From the NCBI GenBank assembly GCA_050950285.1, contig JBMNHG010000006.1, positions 293,167 through 357,166 of the forward strand: a stretch of 64,000 bases of DNA. The letters run 5' to 3'. Made by a program: the position numbers and the translations under genes. The DNA is from Kiritimatiellia bacterium (lineage in GTDB: Bacteria > Verrucomicrobiota > Kiritimatiellia > RFP12 > JBMNHG01). This document shows, in pieces, positions 29,001-38,900 of the stretch (positions are counted from its first letter, which is position 1; each line of letters starts with the position of its first letter). The notes beneath the pieces are model-generated. The model saw nothing but the letters and a program-made list of their open reading frames with translations, had not been told where the DNA came from and did no database searches.

Positions 29001-30957
29001 GGTCGCGGATGCGGCGAGGTTCGCGAAGCGGCGGCGGAGGAGGCGGAGTCCCTCGACCTCGCCGAACCAGGTGGGGCCGCTTTCGACGTCGTCGAAAAGG
29101 TCGCCGATTTCGTCGTCCTCGCCGGTGGAGAAGGTCAGCAGCAACGCGCGGGCGAAGGTTCCGGGCGGGGCGGGGAAGACGTCCCACGCGGTGCCGGCGG
29201 AGGGTTCGAGGTCGATCCACTGCGAACGGTCGCCGGGGTCCGGCGGGAAGGGGGCGTCGGGCTTGGACACGGAGAGGCGGACGGTGTAGTCGGCCCCGAG
29301 GGGCATGGGGAGCACGACGGAGCCGATGGGGACGGGCTGGTGGAAGGCCACGAGCAGGTGCTGGCGCGATTCGGGGCCGCGGGTGGAGGCGAGCTGGACG
29401 AGCCCGGCGCCGCCGGGATGGCCGTAGCCGGGGGGATCGCCCTTGAGGCGGAGGAGCCGCAGGAAGTCGCCGCGCGGGTCGGGGACGATTTCGTAGGGGA
29501 CGCGGGGTTTGCGCGGCTCGCGGTAGGTGGGGTCGCAGTGCGCGATGTCGACGGACTCCCAGCCGCATGCGCCGGCCAGAAGCGACGGGCCCGCATCCAC
29601 GGAGAGCGCCACGACGCCGTCGCGGGCGGCGAGGCCGCGTGCGCCGCGGCGGCGGGTGGCGGACTCCTGCGCGAGCACGAGCGACTTCCATTCGCGCGTG
29701 GCGATGTCCACGCTCCAGATGCGGTCGGCGCCCTCGTCCTGCGCGCCGTAGTGGCCGGAACCGGCATGCTCCACGAAGACGTTGCGGCCGTCCGTGGCCA
29801 TGTGGCGTCCTGCGGACCAGGCCGCGAAGGAGTGGATGCCCCAGAGCTTCCGGCCCGTGAGGTCGCAGGCTGCGAAGCCCACGCCGCTCTCGGGGACGGG
29901 TGCGCCGAAGAAGACGAAATCCCCTGCCGCGCAGGCGCCGCACGGGGGGGTGTGGTCGGCAAGCCATCCGCCGGGACCGCCGGGACCGTTCAGCCAGGCG
30001 GAGTTCCCGGGGTGGAGCTGCGAGACGTTGGGGTAGACCGTGAACTCGTACGAGAGCTCCGGCTCGGGCCCGGTGATGGCCTTCCACGCGTAGTCGCCGG
30101 CGGAGACGGGGCGGCCCAGCTCGTCGGAGAGATCCCAGGGCACGTCCGTGCGGCCGGCGGCGCGGGGTTCGCGGGCGACGAGGTTGCGGACGCGCCGCCC
30201 CTGCGCGTCGTCCACCACCACGGTAAGGAGGCCGTCCGCGGGAAGCTCCACCGGAATCGCGAAGGCGGGGGGTGGAGGCGGCTCGGCGGTGGCGGGGAGT
30301 TCGCCGGGGGCGAGCGGGGAGAAGACGCGCAGCGTGGACAACTCCGCCACCTGCGAGGCCCCGCCCTGCGGCGTGAGGGCGCGGAGGACGCGCAGCCGGA
30401 GGCCGCGGGTCGACAGCGGGGGGGTCGAAGACCACCCAGCGCCCGCCGCCGGCGGCAGGGGCGGGGCGAAGCGTCTCGAAGGCGGCGTCCGGCACGCGCT
30501 TCCACTCGTCGCCCACGCCGGCGAGCGGGGTCACGCCGGAAGGGCCTTCGAAGACGTCGAAGCGGAGGTCCGCGAAGTTGTCCACCAGGAAGAGCGCGGC
30601 GATGGCCTGCGGTTCGTCCCAGGCAAGGACAAGCCACTGGGCGTTTTTGTCGCTGATTTCGGGCTCGAGAATGCGCCCGGCGGGGCCGACGCCGGCGGAT
30701 TTCCACGCGCCGGCGCCGCGCGCGACGTCGATGGCCCGGAAAACGCCGCCGCCGAAGGAGTCGGGGGCGTGATACTCCTGCTTCGCCCGAACCCCCGCCA
30801 GCGGCGCGATGTTCGCGAATCGCGCGTCGCCGCACGTCCAGGCGCCGTCGTCGTCCGGCGCGAACGCCGCGACATCCAGCGCCGCCGCTCCCGCGGGCGA
30901 AAGGACCAGGGACCACACGCAAAGGGAAAGGGACGCGAGAAGGGACAGGGCTTTCAT
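26058..30957 (-). CDS. Uncharacterised secreted FlgD-Ig / beta-propeller / CBM9-like protein (paralogue 2, ~1632 aa), split by a +1 frameshift in a G7 tract at 30418-30424
   Basis: The N-terminus MKALSLLASLSLCVWSLVLSPAGA is in one frame and the body (ORF 26058..30350) in another. Removing one G joins them as RWVVFDPPLSTRGLRLRVLRAL. Shares motifs with paralogues 1 and 3. Confidence 0.75.
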
Positions 30958-31121
30958 CGTATCTCCGATCGAGGCCATTGCCATCCGGCGCACACGGGAA
31001 AGCAAGTTTCATTCCACGCGGCGACGGGGCGCCACCCTGGGCCTGCCGACGGGCCGGCCGGCGGGATGCGCCGGAGCAAACCGGCATCCGCTTCCCGGAG
31101 GGGGAAGGAGCGATCGGGCGG

Positions 31122-34100
31122 CTATCGCATGAGCAGGATGGTGCCGGCGGGCGGATTGAAGCGTTCGTAGCACCCGAGGTCGACGTACAGTCCGCCCGGG
31201 CCCTTCCGGATGCGCCCGGCGCCGTCGAGATCGAGCGTGCCGAAGGCGTTGGCGTTCACGCCCGCGTCGACGGCCGGGCTGCCGGCGCTCGCCAGACGGG
31301 CGTTGAAGGCGGGATCGGTCGCAGGAACGGCGATGTTCGCGAAGCCGGGGTCGGCATCGATCACGTTCGAGCTGTTCGCGGCGTCGTAGCCTTCGCCGGC
31401 ACCGCAGTGGTAGACGATCGTATCGTGCAGGCGGAGGTTCGGCGCGCCGGAATCGCCCCAGCCCGAAGCGAAGGTGAGGGTCTCTTCGTCGCAGAGGATG
31501 GAGTTGTAGATGTGCATGCCGTGGTTGTCGCGGTTGCAGGCGCGCGCCGCGTATCCGCCGGTGTTGCCGACGAACGTGCAGTTGTGGACGTCCATCTTCC
31601 AGCTGTAGCCGAGGAACATGCAGCAGGGCGTGCTGTTGCCGGCGAAGAGCGAGTTCGAGATGCGCGGCATGCCGCCCGCCGTGTTGCTGATGCTGATGAG
31701 GCTGCCGCCGGAGTTGCCGATGAAGCGGCAGCGGTCGACTTCGATGATGGAGGGCAGGTGGTGGCGCCCCCAGATGAAGATCGCGGAGGAGGAATAGCCG
31801 TCGCCCATGCCGGTGTCCGGCACGTGGTTGCCCTGGAAGAGGCAGTCCGCGAGGAAGAAGCGGCCCGCCACCTCCGGACCGGCGAACTGGGCGACCGTGC
31901 CCTGGACCGACGTATTGCCGAGGAATTCGCAGCGGAAGGCGTGGAAATTCGAGTTGGTGTTCTTCTTGTGGGCGGTGACGCCGACGGCCGCGGCGACACG
32001 CGTCATCCCCGTGAAGCAGCAGTCCACGGCGCAGAGTTGCGAATCGTTGCGCATCGTCGCGCCGCCGCAGGCGTAGTTGCCGTTGTTCGCGTAGGACTGC
32101 GTGAAGAGCAGGTTCGTCATCGCGATGGTCGCCGCGTCGGCGCTGATGGCGGCTTCGGTGGATTCGCGGAGCCAGAGGTTCTCGAGGCCGGCCGCGTGCT
32201 TGGGCGCGGAAAGAGCGATCAGGTTCGCCACGGCGTTGCCGCCGTCGAGGATGTGGCCGGCGCGGTCGACGTCGCCGGTGGCGTTGTAGCCTTGGAGCAG
32301 CAGGCCGTCGGGGACAAGCGGGAAGGTCTCGCCGGACGCGGCGCCGTAGGTGCCGGGGAGAATGCGGATGGTATCGCCGACGGTGGACTCCGTGATGGCG
32401 TGCGCGATGGTCTGGAAGGGGGTCTCGAGGGTTCCGTAGCCGTCGTCGTCGCCCAGCGCGGCATCGACGTACAGTGCGCCGGGGTATCCGACGACCTCGA
32501 GGGTCGTGGTGGAGGAGTCGCTCCCGGCGAAGCGGAATCCGATGCCGACGGTGACCGTCACCGTGTTCACTCCCGCGCCGCCGACGATGCGCAGCACGCC
32601 GTCGGAGACCGAATCCCCCGCGGCGATTTCCGCGGTTCCAACCCAGCCGATTTCGTTGGAGCCGGCGCCGGCGGCCTCGCCGGCGACGATGGGGATGGCG
32701 GCGGAGGCAACCGCGCCATCGGAATAGATCTTCACGGGGATGTCGTTGGTCGTGCCCTGGCGCACGTAGAGACGGGCGGGCCGGTCGAGCGTGACCCGCT
32801 TTTCGTGGAGATAGACGCCCACGGCAAGCGGATCGATCCCGACGGACGTTCCGCTTTCGGAGACGGCAACGATCATGCGTTCGCCGTCGCCCTGGGAGAG
32901 GGTTTCGGCGGCGGTGACGACCAGCGAGTTCGTCTCCGAGCCGGTCGTCCACGCGAGAGCGGGGGTTTCGGTGGAGAGGTCCGTTCCCAGGGAGACCGAA
33001 GCCTGGACGGGCGTGGCGGCCTCGGGGGCGGGGTTCACGCACACGGGGATCGCGATGGATTCGCCGACGAAGACATGGCGTATGACGCCGGGGGTGTAGA
33101 AGGAGACGGTGTCGGGGGCGCCGAAGCGGGACTCGTACGCGCCCAGGTCGACGACGGCATCGCCTTCGGCGCTGTAGGCGCGCGGCTTGCCCGCGAGGTC
33201 GAGCGCGTAGTTTGCGTCGATCGACGCGTTGTCGCCGATGTCGACCAGTTCGCTGTACGGCCAGAGGCGGTAGTCCGCGGCGCCGGGATTTGCGGCGTCG
33301 TAGGGCGCGACGTAGTCGGGCGTGAAGGCCGTCACGTTTGCACTGGAAGCGGTGTCGTAGAACGGATTGTAGGCGTCTGCGAGCGGGGTGTCGTAAACGT
33401 TGCAGTTCTGGAGCACGAGACGGGTCCCGTCCATCGAGTTCAGCTTCGCGGAGGAGGAGATGGAGAGGTTGCGCGCCGTGGTGATGGCGTGGTAGGCATC
33501 CGTGTGGAACACCGCGCCAACCTGGTCGAAGGTGCAGTTGCGGACATCGAGCTCCGCGTTGTAGAAGACATGCGCGACGCCCCAATCGCCGCAGTCGATG
33601 TCGTAGAAGAGCGAGTTGTAGACGTGCAGTTCGCCGCGGTTCCCGCCGAGGTAGGCGAAGGGGGCGGAGGCGTGGCGGAAGACGCAGCGGTCGACCCAGG
33701 TCTTCGCCCAGGGGCTGATCACGCCGTTTTCGAAGTAGTTGCCGCTGGAGTGGGGATCGCCCGTGGTGCGGTCCACGACGAGGTCGTCGAAGACGCAGCG
33801 GAGGATGCGGACAGGATCCTCGACGCTGCTGAAGCGGGTCTGCTGGAAGACGATCGGGCCGGTCTTGTCCAGGATGCCGCCGCCGCCGGTGATGTCGAGG
33901 TTCCGGAAGGTGCAGTCGGCAAGCGTCACGGGGCCCCGCGTGTAGATGCAGCGGAACCAGTACTGGCCGGAGGTGGTGACGTTCCGGAAGACGCAGTTCG
34001 TGAAGAGGAGGTCGGTCTGGTAGGTGTCGATCGAGAAGATGGCGCCGTCGTCGGAGGCGGCGTCCACGCCGTCGACGATGCAGTTCGCCATCGTGCCGAA

Positions 34101-35621
34101 CCAGGCGTTGCCGTCGACCGCGTAGTTGCCGGCGTTGGTGATGACGAGGCCCGACAGGAGGCCCGCGCCGTCCGGCGTGTCGGGGAAGGAGAAGCCGCCG
34201 GCGCCTCCGCAGTCGATCACCGTCGAGTCGGCGGGGGTGCGGGTCGCGCCGGCGACGCCGCGGATTTCGATGCCGTTCGGGGGGAGGATCGGGAAGGTTT
34301 CGCCGCTGGCGGCGCTGTAGAGGCCGGCGGCGATCTCGATGTCCATGCCGCCGTCCATGGCGAAAGCCGCGGCGGCGGAGATGGAGCGCAGCGGGAAGTC
34401 CGCGGAGCCGAGGTTGTCGTCGTCGCCGTCGGGCGAGACGTAGAGGGTGTCGCCCAGGGTCGAGACGGTGAGGGTGATCGTGGAGGTGCCGGTTTCCTCG
34501 AAGACGAAGTTGTTGCCGAGGGTGAGGAGGATGGTGGCGGTACCTTCGCTCACGCCCGTGAAGGCGACCGGGGCGGAGGAGGCGAAGGCACCGGAGGCGA
34601 TGGACCCGTCGCCCGACACGGCCACCGTGCCGGCGGAGGGGGTTCCTGCGGCAAGCGGGATGGCGCCGGGGGCCGCAAGCTCGGAATCGACGATCTGGAG
34701 CGTGCGGTTGACCGTCGCCCCGATGCCTACGCCGATGTTCGTACTGCCGACCAGGCGGACCTTGCGGGCGACGGATTCGATGGAAGCGGAACGGGGAAGC
34801 GCGCCAAGGGTGCTGGAGCCTTCGGAGAGCGTGATCGCGGCGTTGCCGGCGAGGGCGGAGGCGGCGACCGAGAGCGCGCCCTGGTCGCAGGCGCCGGCCG
34901 TGAAGGTCGCGACGTCCATGCCGCCGGCGGTGACATCCGCGCCGCCGAGAACGATGGAGGCGAGGGCGCTTGCGGGATTGGTCACCGCGAGGTCGGCGTA
35001 GAGGACGCCGGCCGCATGGTCGCTCGCGGAGAGGGTGAACGTCGCGGTTTCCGTCGCGTAAAGGCGCTTCGAGGCCGGCCAGATGGAGAAGACGGGCACG
35101 ACGGCGTTTTCGCCGTAGAGCCAGAACTCGCGGCAGCCGGCGCTGTGCGCGTAGGTGGAGAACGATTGCATCACCACGTAGCGGCCGACCTGCGGGGCGT
35201 CGGCCTCGATGTAGGTGGGGTCGTTCGTGTAGGGCAGCACGCCGGCGGAGGCAGGGGCATGCGAGGAAGGAAGCGCGGCGACATCGTCATAGGACGTCAC
35301 GGGCGCGTCGAGCACCCAGAACTTGTAGTCCTTCATGCTGTGGTCGCGGTCGCGCGGACGATAGCGGAAAGCGCGGATGGTACGGCGCGAGCCGAGATCG
35401 ATGCAGAACCATGCGTCCTGCCTCCAATCGCACTGCCACATGTCGGTTTCATCGCCATTGATGATGGCGGCGGCTCCTTGCCCGTCACCGTTGCCGCTGA
35501 CGGTAACCGTCCAATTCGTTTTGTCGGCGAACTCGGTATAGTCCCCCAGGGCTCCTCGGGAGAACGCCGGCGCCAGCAGGAGGGCGCAGGCCGCAAACGC
35601 AACGGCGATCGACTTGTTCAT
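31122..35621 (-). CDS. Large secreted protein: discoidin/F5-8C-like domain, Ig-like spacers and two DUF1565-type beta-helix units, ending in the tail PPAGTILLMR (1499 aa)
   Basis: Signal peptide MNKSIAVAFAACALLLAPAFSRG; AIINGDETDMW...WFCIDLG...FRYRPR (discoidin-like); twice LYV...GDDD..G....P...I..A...G.Y.AASGETFP; each unit closes with DLxG..R.......VDLG(A/C)YE. Confidence 0.82.
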   Translation of the reverse strand: MNKSIAVAFAACALLLAPAFSRGALGDYTEFADKTNWTVTVSGNGDGQGAAAIINGDETDMWQCDWRQDAWFCIDLGSRRTIRAFRYRPRDRDHSMKDYKFWVLDAPVTSYDDVAALPSSHAPASAGVLPYTNDPTYIEADAPQVGRYVVMQSFSTYAHSAGCREFWLYGENAVVPVFSIWPASKRLYATETATFTLSASDHAAGVLYADLAVTNPASALASIVLGGADVTAGGMDVATFTAGACDQGALSVAASALAGNAAITLSEGSSTLGALPRSASIESVARKVRLVGSTNIGVGIGATVNRTLQIVDSELAAPGAIPLAAGTPSAGTVAVSGDGSIASGAFASSAPVAFTGVSEGTATILLTLGNNFVFEETGTSTITLTVSTLGDTLYVSPDGDDDNLGSADFPLRSISAAAAFAMDGGMDIEIAAGLYSAASGETFPILPPNGIEIRGVAGATRTPADSTVIDCGGAGGFSFPDTPDGAGLLSGLVITNAGNYAVDGNAWFGTMANCIVDGVDAASDDGAIFSIDTYQTDLLFTNCVFRNVTTSGQYWFRCIYTRGPVTLADCTFRNLDITGGGGILDKTGPIVFQQTRFSSVEDPVRILRCVFDDLVVDRTTGDPHSSGNYFENGVISPWAKTWVDRCVFRHASAPFAYLGGNRGELHVYNSLFYDIDCGDWGVAHVFYNAELDVRNCTFDQVGAVFHTDAYHAITTARNLSISSSAKLNSMDGTRLVLQNCNVYDTPLADAYNPFYDTASSANVTAFTPDYVAPYDAANPGAADYRLWPYSELVDIGDNASIDANYALDLAGKPRAYSAEGDAVVDLGAYESRFGAPDTVSFYTPGVIRHVFVGESIAIPVCVNPAPEAATPVQASVSLGTDLSTETPALAWTTGSETNSLVVTAAETLSQGDGERMIVAVSESGTSVGIDPLAVGVYLHEKRVTLDRPARLYVRQGTTNDIPVKIYSDGAVASAAIPIVAGEAAGAGSNEIGWVGTAEIAAGDSVSDGVLRIVGGAGVNTVTVTVGIGFRFAGSDSSTTTLEVVGYPGALYVDAALGDDDGYGTLETPFQTIAHAITESTVGDTIRILPGTYGAASGETFPLVPDGLLLQGYNATGDVDRAGHILDGGNAVANLIALSAPKHAAGLENLWLRESTEAAISADAATIAMTNLLFTQSYANNGNYACGGATMRNDSQLCAVDCCFTGMTRVAAAVGVTAHKKNTNSNFHAFRCEFLGNTSVQGTVAQFAGPEVAGRFFLADCLFQGNHVPDTGMGDGYSSSAIFIWGRHHLPSIIEVDRCRFIGNSGGSLISISNTAGGMPRISNSLFAGNSTPCCMFLGYSWKMDVHNCTFVGNTGGYAARACNRDNHGMHIYNSILCDEETLTFASGWGDSGAPNLRLHDTIVYHCGAGEGYDAANSSNVIDADPGFANIAVPATDPAFNARLASAGSPAVDAGVNANAFGTLDLDGAGRIRKGPGGLYVDLGCYERFNPPAGTILLMR

Positions 35622-35796
35622 GGATACTCCTTCGCGAATCGTGGAACACGCGGGACCGCCCCGGCGGCCCGGCAATGCCTTATCGTATCCACAGCATACC
35701 CCTGCGCCCTTTGCGATGTCCAGCAAACAAAGCGGGTCGCACGGAGCGCGGGCGGCGACAGGGTCGTTTCATCCGCCCTGGCCGGACGGGGGGCGC

Positions 35797-35818
35797 AAAT
35801 GCGGCGCGCCGCTTTTTT
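35797..35818. repeat. CGGCGCGCCG palindrome family copy (AAATGCGGCGCGCCGCTTTTTT)
   Basis: Intergenic, between the two minus-strand giant genes. Confidence 0.55.
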
Positions 35819-35855
35819 GGGGGCTGTCCCCGTCGGGGCGGTCGGGCGGGAAAAG

Positions 35856-35904
35856 AAGGGCCGCAGAGGGTTGGCTGGTTTTGCCAAACCCCGCTGCGGC
35901 CCTT
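35856..35904 (-). terminator. Long stem-loop just downstream of the 35934..40010 stop
   Basis: AAGGGCCGCAG-AGGGTTGGC...GCCAAACCCC-G-CTGCGGCCCTT, followed on the minus strand by CTTTT. Confidence 0.5.
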
Positions 35905-35933
35905 TGGGTATGACGGGCTGGAAACCGGCGCGG

Positions 35934-38900
35934 CTATTCGAAGACGACGTCGGAGAACAACTGGGGCCGGATGGAGGCTTCGCTGGGCTGGTCGTTGACG
36001 AGGCCGGTGGCCTTGTTGGCGCGGTAGACGCGCGCGGTATTGAAGGTTCCGGAGCTGTCCGAGAGGATGAAGCCCACGTCGCCGGAGAGCGTCGAGCCGG
36101 CGGCCGGGGCCACCATGCCGAGGGCGGTCCAGGGAACGGCCACGGTGACGGTGACACGGTCGTCCCCCACCTTCACCTCGGGTTCGACGTCGGCGAGAAG
36201 GGTCACGGAATCGAAGCGGACGGTCATCACGGGCGAGGTGTAGTTGAAGGCCTGGCCGGCGGGGGCGCCCTCGGCGCGCTGCTTCATGAGGACCACGGCG
36301 TTGCCGCCCTGGAAGGGGGCGACGAGCAGGCGGAAGTCTCCGTTGGCGGGGTTGGCGCCCCGGTTGCCGGTGGGCGAGAGCTGGAAGTCGAAGCAGTCGC
36401 CGGTCTTGAAGAGCAGGTGCCAGTCGTTTCCGCCGTTCTTCCAGGGCGAGGAGTCGCGCTGGAGATCCCAGCGGAGGGCGAGTTGTCCGGCGTCGTAGGC
36501 GGCGCGGAAGGAGGCCTGGGCGGGCTGTCCTTCGCTTTGGATGGGGATGGCGGGGACCTTGTTCCACTGGATGTTGCCGTTTCCGTCGAGCTGGGCCCGG
36601 GCGATGGAGAGCGGGGCGGACTCCGCCTTGCTGGCTTCGAGGGCGCGGCGGGTGTTGTCCTCGTCGGCCTTCACGATGTCGGCGTCGGAGAGCGTGATCG
36701 TGAAGGGGTCGAGGTGGCGGATGGAGTCGAGGCCTTCGATGCGGACGATGTTGCCGGCCTGGGAGGCGGGAACGGCGCCGGAGCAGCGGATGACGCCGTC
36801 GCGGTGCTTGGTGAAGACGCCGGAGAAGTGCTCGCCGCGGCCCTGGAGCGCCGCGAAAGAGGTGGCGCGGAGGGTGGTTTCGTCCTCGGGCAGGGCGATG
36901 CCGGGGATACGGCCGTCCTTGGTGAGGATGTTCACGAAGTGGCCGTCGGTGGTGAGGAAGTAGTCCTCGCCGAGGTTGCCGCGGATCATGAAGACGTCGG
37001 AGTCGCCGCAGTCCTCGGCCACGCCGCAGACCTTGAGGCATCCGATGAGGAGTCCGGGACGGGGCATGGTGGCGTTGTGGGAACCGTGCACCTGGTGGTA
37101 GGGGGAGAGGTGGCGCCAGAGGACGGTGCCGTCGGACTTGCGGAAGCCGACGACGTAGATCCGCTTGTTCATCTGGACAAAGGCGATGACGAGATCCTTC
37201 CCGGGCACGGGGGTGGCGGCGCCGGAGATGGCGAAGTCGCAGGGGTAGTCCTTCACGCCTTCGAGCGTGTAGACGGGGCGGCCGCCGTCGCGGAAGGAGG
37301 CGGGCGTGACGCGCACGGTGGCGACACCCTTCCCGTCGCGGTTCCAGGTGGCGAAGAAGCCGAGGTCGTCCGGATCCAGCGTGGTGTTGCCGCAGGGGTT
37401 GAAGGCCACGTTGTGGCCGGCGTTCTTGCCGCCCTGGGGACGCGAGGGCTTGACGGGCGGGATGAGTTCGCACTCTTCGCGGACGACGTGGCCGTCGTTG
37501 TCGTAGTCGTTCCAGACCAGGATGGTGGCGGGGTCGAGGTCGGCCCATGCGCCGAAGGAGTCCTTGACGACCTGGGCGCCGTACTGTCCGCCGAGGAGCC
37601 CCTGGAGGCGCGCGACGGAGGCCACGGCGGCCACGGGCTGCCAGTCGCCGCCGACCTTCATCATCAGGAAGAAGGGGGTGTTGCGGGTGTCGCCGAGGCA
37701 GGAGAAGTACTCGCGCTCCTCGCCGGAGGCGGACGAGAAGAAGACGTTGCCGGAGTGGAAGGCGGTGCCGCCGGGCGCGATGAAGTCGCCCTTTTCGGGG
37801 TCGGGGTTGAACATGACGCTTTCGATGTCCCACTTGCCGGTGGCGGGATCGAGCACGAGTTCGTTCATTTCGGCGACGGCCTTGGCGGGATCGTCGTCGT
37901 GGATGAGCGAACCCTGGCCGGCGTAGCCGGTATTGCCGATGAAATCGCGGGCGAAGGTTCCGTCGGGGGACCACACGGAGACGCGGCGGGGGTGGGTGCT
38001 TTTCTCGGTGACCCACACTTCGCCGTTGGCGGCGACGGCCACGGAGGAGAGATAGCGCATGCCGTCGCGGTCGAACTTGCCCTGGCGGGCGCGGCCGCCC
38101 TCTTTGCCGAAGGTGCCGGCGAGCGCGCCGGTCTCGAGGTCGAACTTCAGCACCTGGTGGCGCGGGCCGTCATCGGCCACGTAGAGGAAGCCGGCGTCGT
38201 CGAGGGCGAGGGCGCGGGGATTGCCGGGCTGGACGCCGAGGGCGAGCGGGGCGGTTTCGCCGGTGGAGAGGTCGGTACGGACGATTGCGCCGTCGACCGC
38301 GGCGTAGGCGAAGGAGCCGTCGGAGGCGAAGGGCAGGGCGGCCGTCGTGCCGCCCTCGACGAGGTCGGTCCGGTCGGGGCTGGCGCTTTCCGGCGCGGCG
38401 GCGCCGGAGAGGGCGAAGGGGAATTCCTTGCGGAGGGCGGAGGTGGCGGCGTCGAAGACGCGCAGGCGGGAGTCGGTCGAGACCACGATGAAGACGTCGC
38501 CGGCGGCGGCGAGGGCGACCACGCGCGGGGTCTGGCCGCCTTCGGTGCCGAAGAGGGTGCCGAGCGGGAGCGGCATGGGAAGGTCGGCGGAGAAGGGGGC
38601 GAAGGCGCCGGTCTTGGCATCCATGCGCAGGATCTGGGCGCCGGAGACGCCCCAGTCGTTCGGGACGGTGAAGACGTAGTCGGGGGTCGCGGCGAGGACG
38701 TCCGAGCCGCGGACTTCGCTCCAGGCCTTGGTGCCGTCGGGGTGGACGACGAAGGTCCCGTAGCCGCCTTCGGCGAAGGTGCAGCAGATGACGAGGTTGT
38801 CGCCGGAGCGGGCGACGAGATGGGGGACGGTGTGGTCCGCGCCCCAGGCGCCGGTCTTGTCCGTGGTCTGCCACGGAGGGGTGCCGGGATTGTAGAAGCT

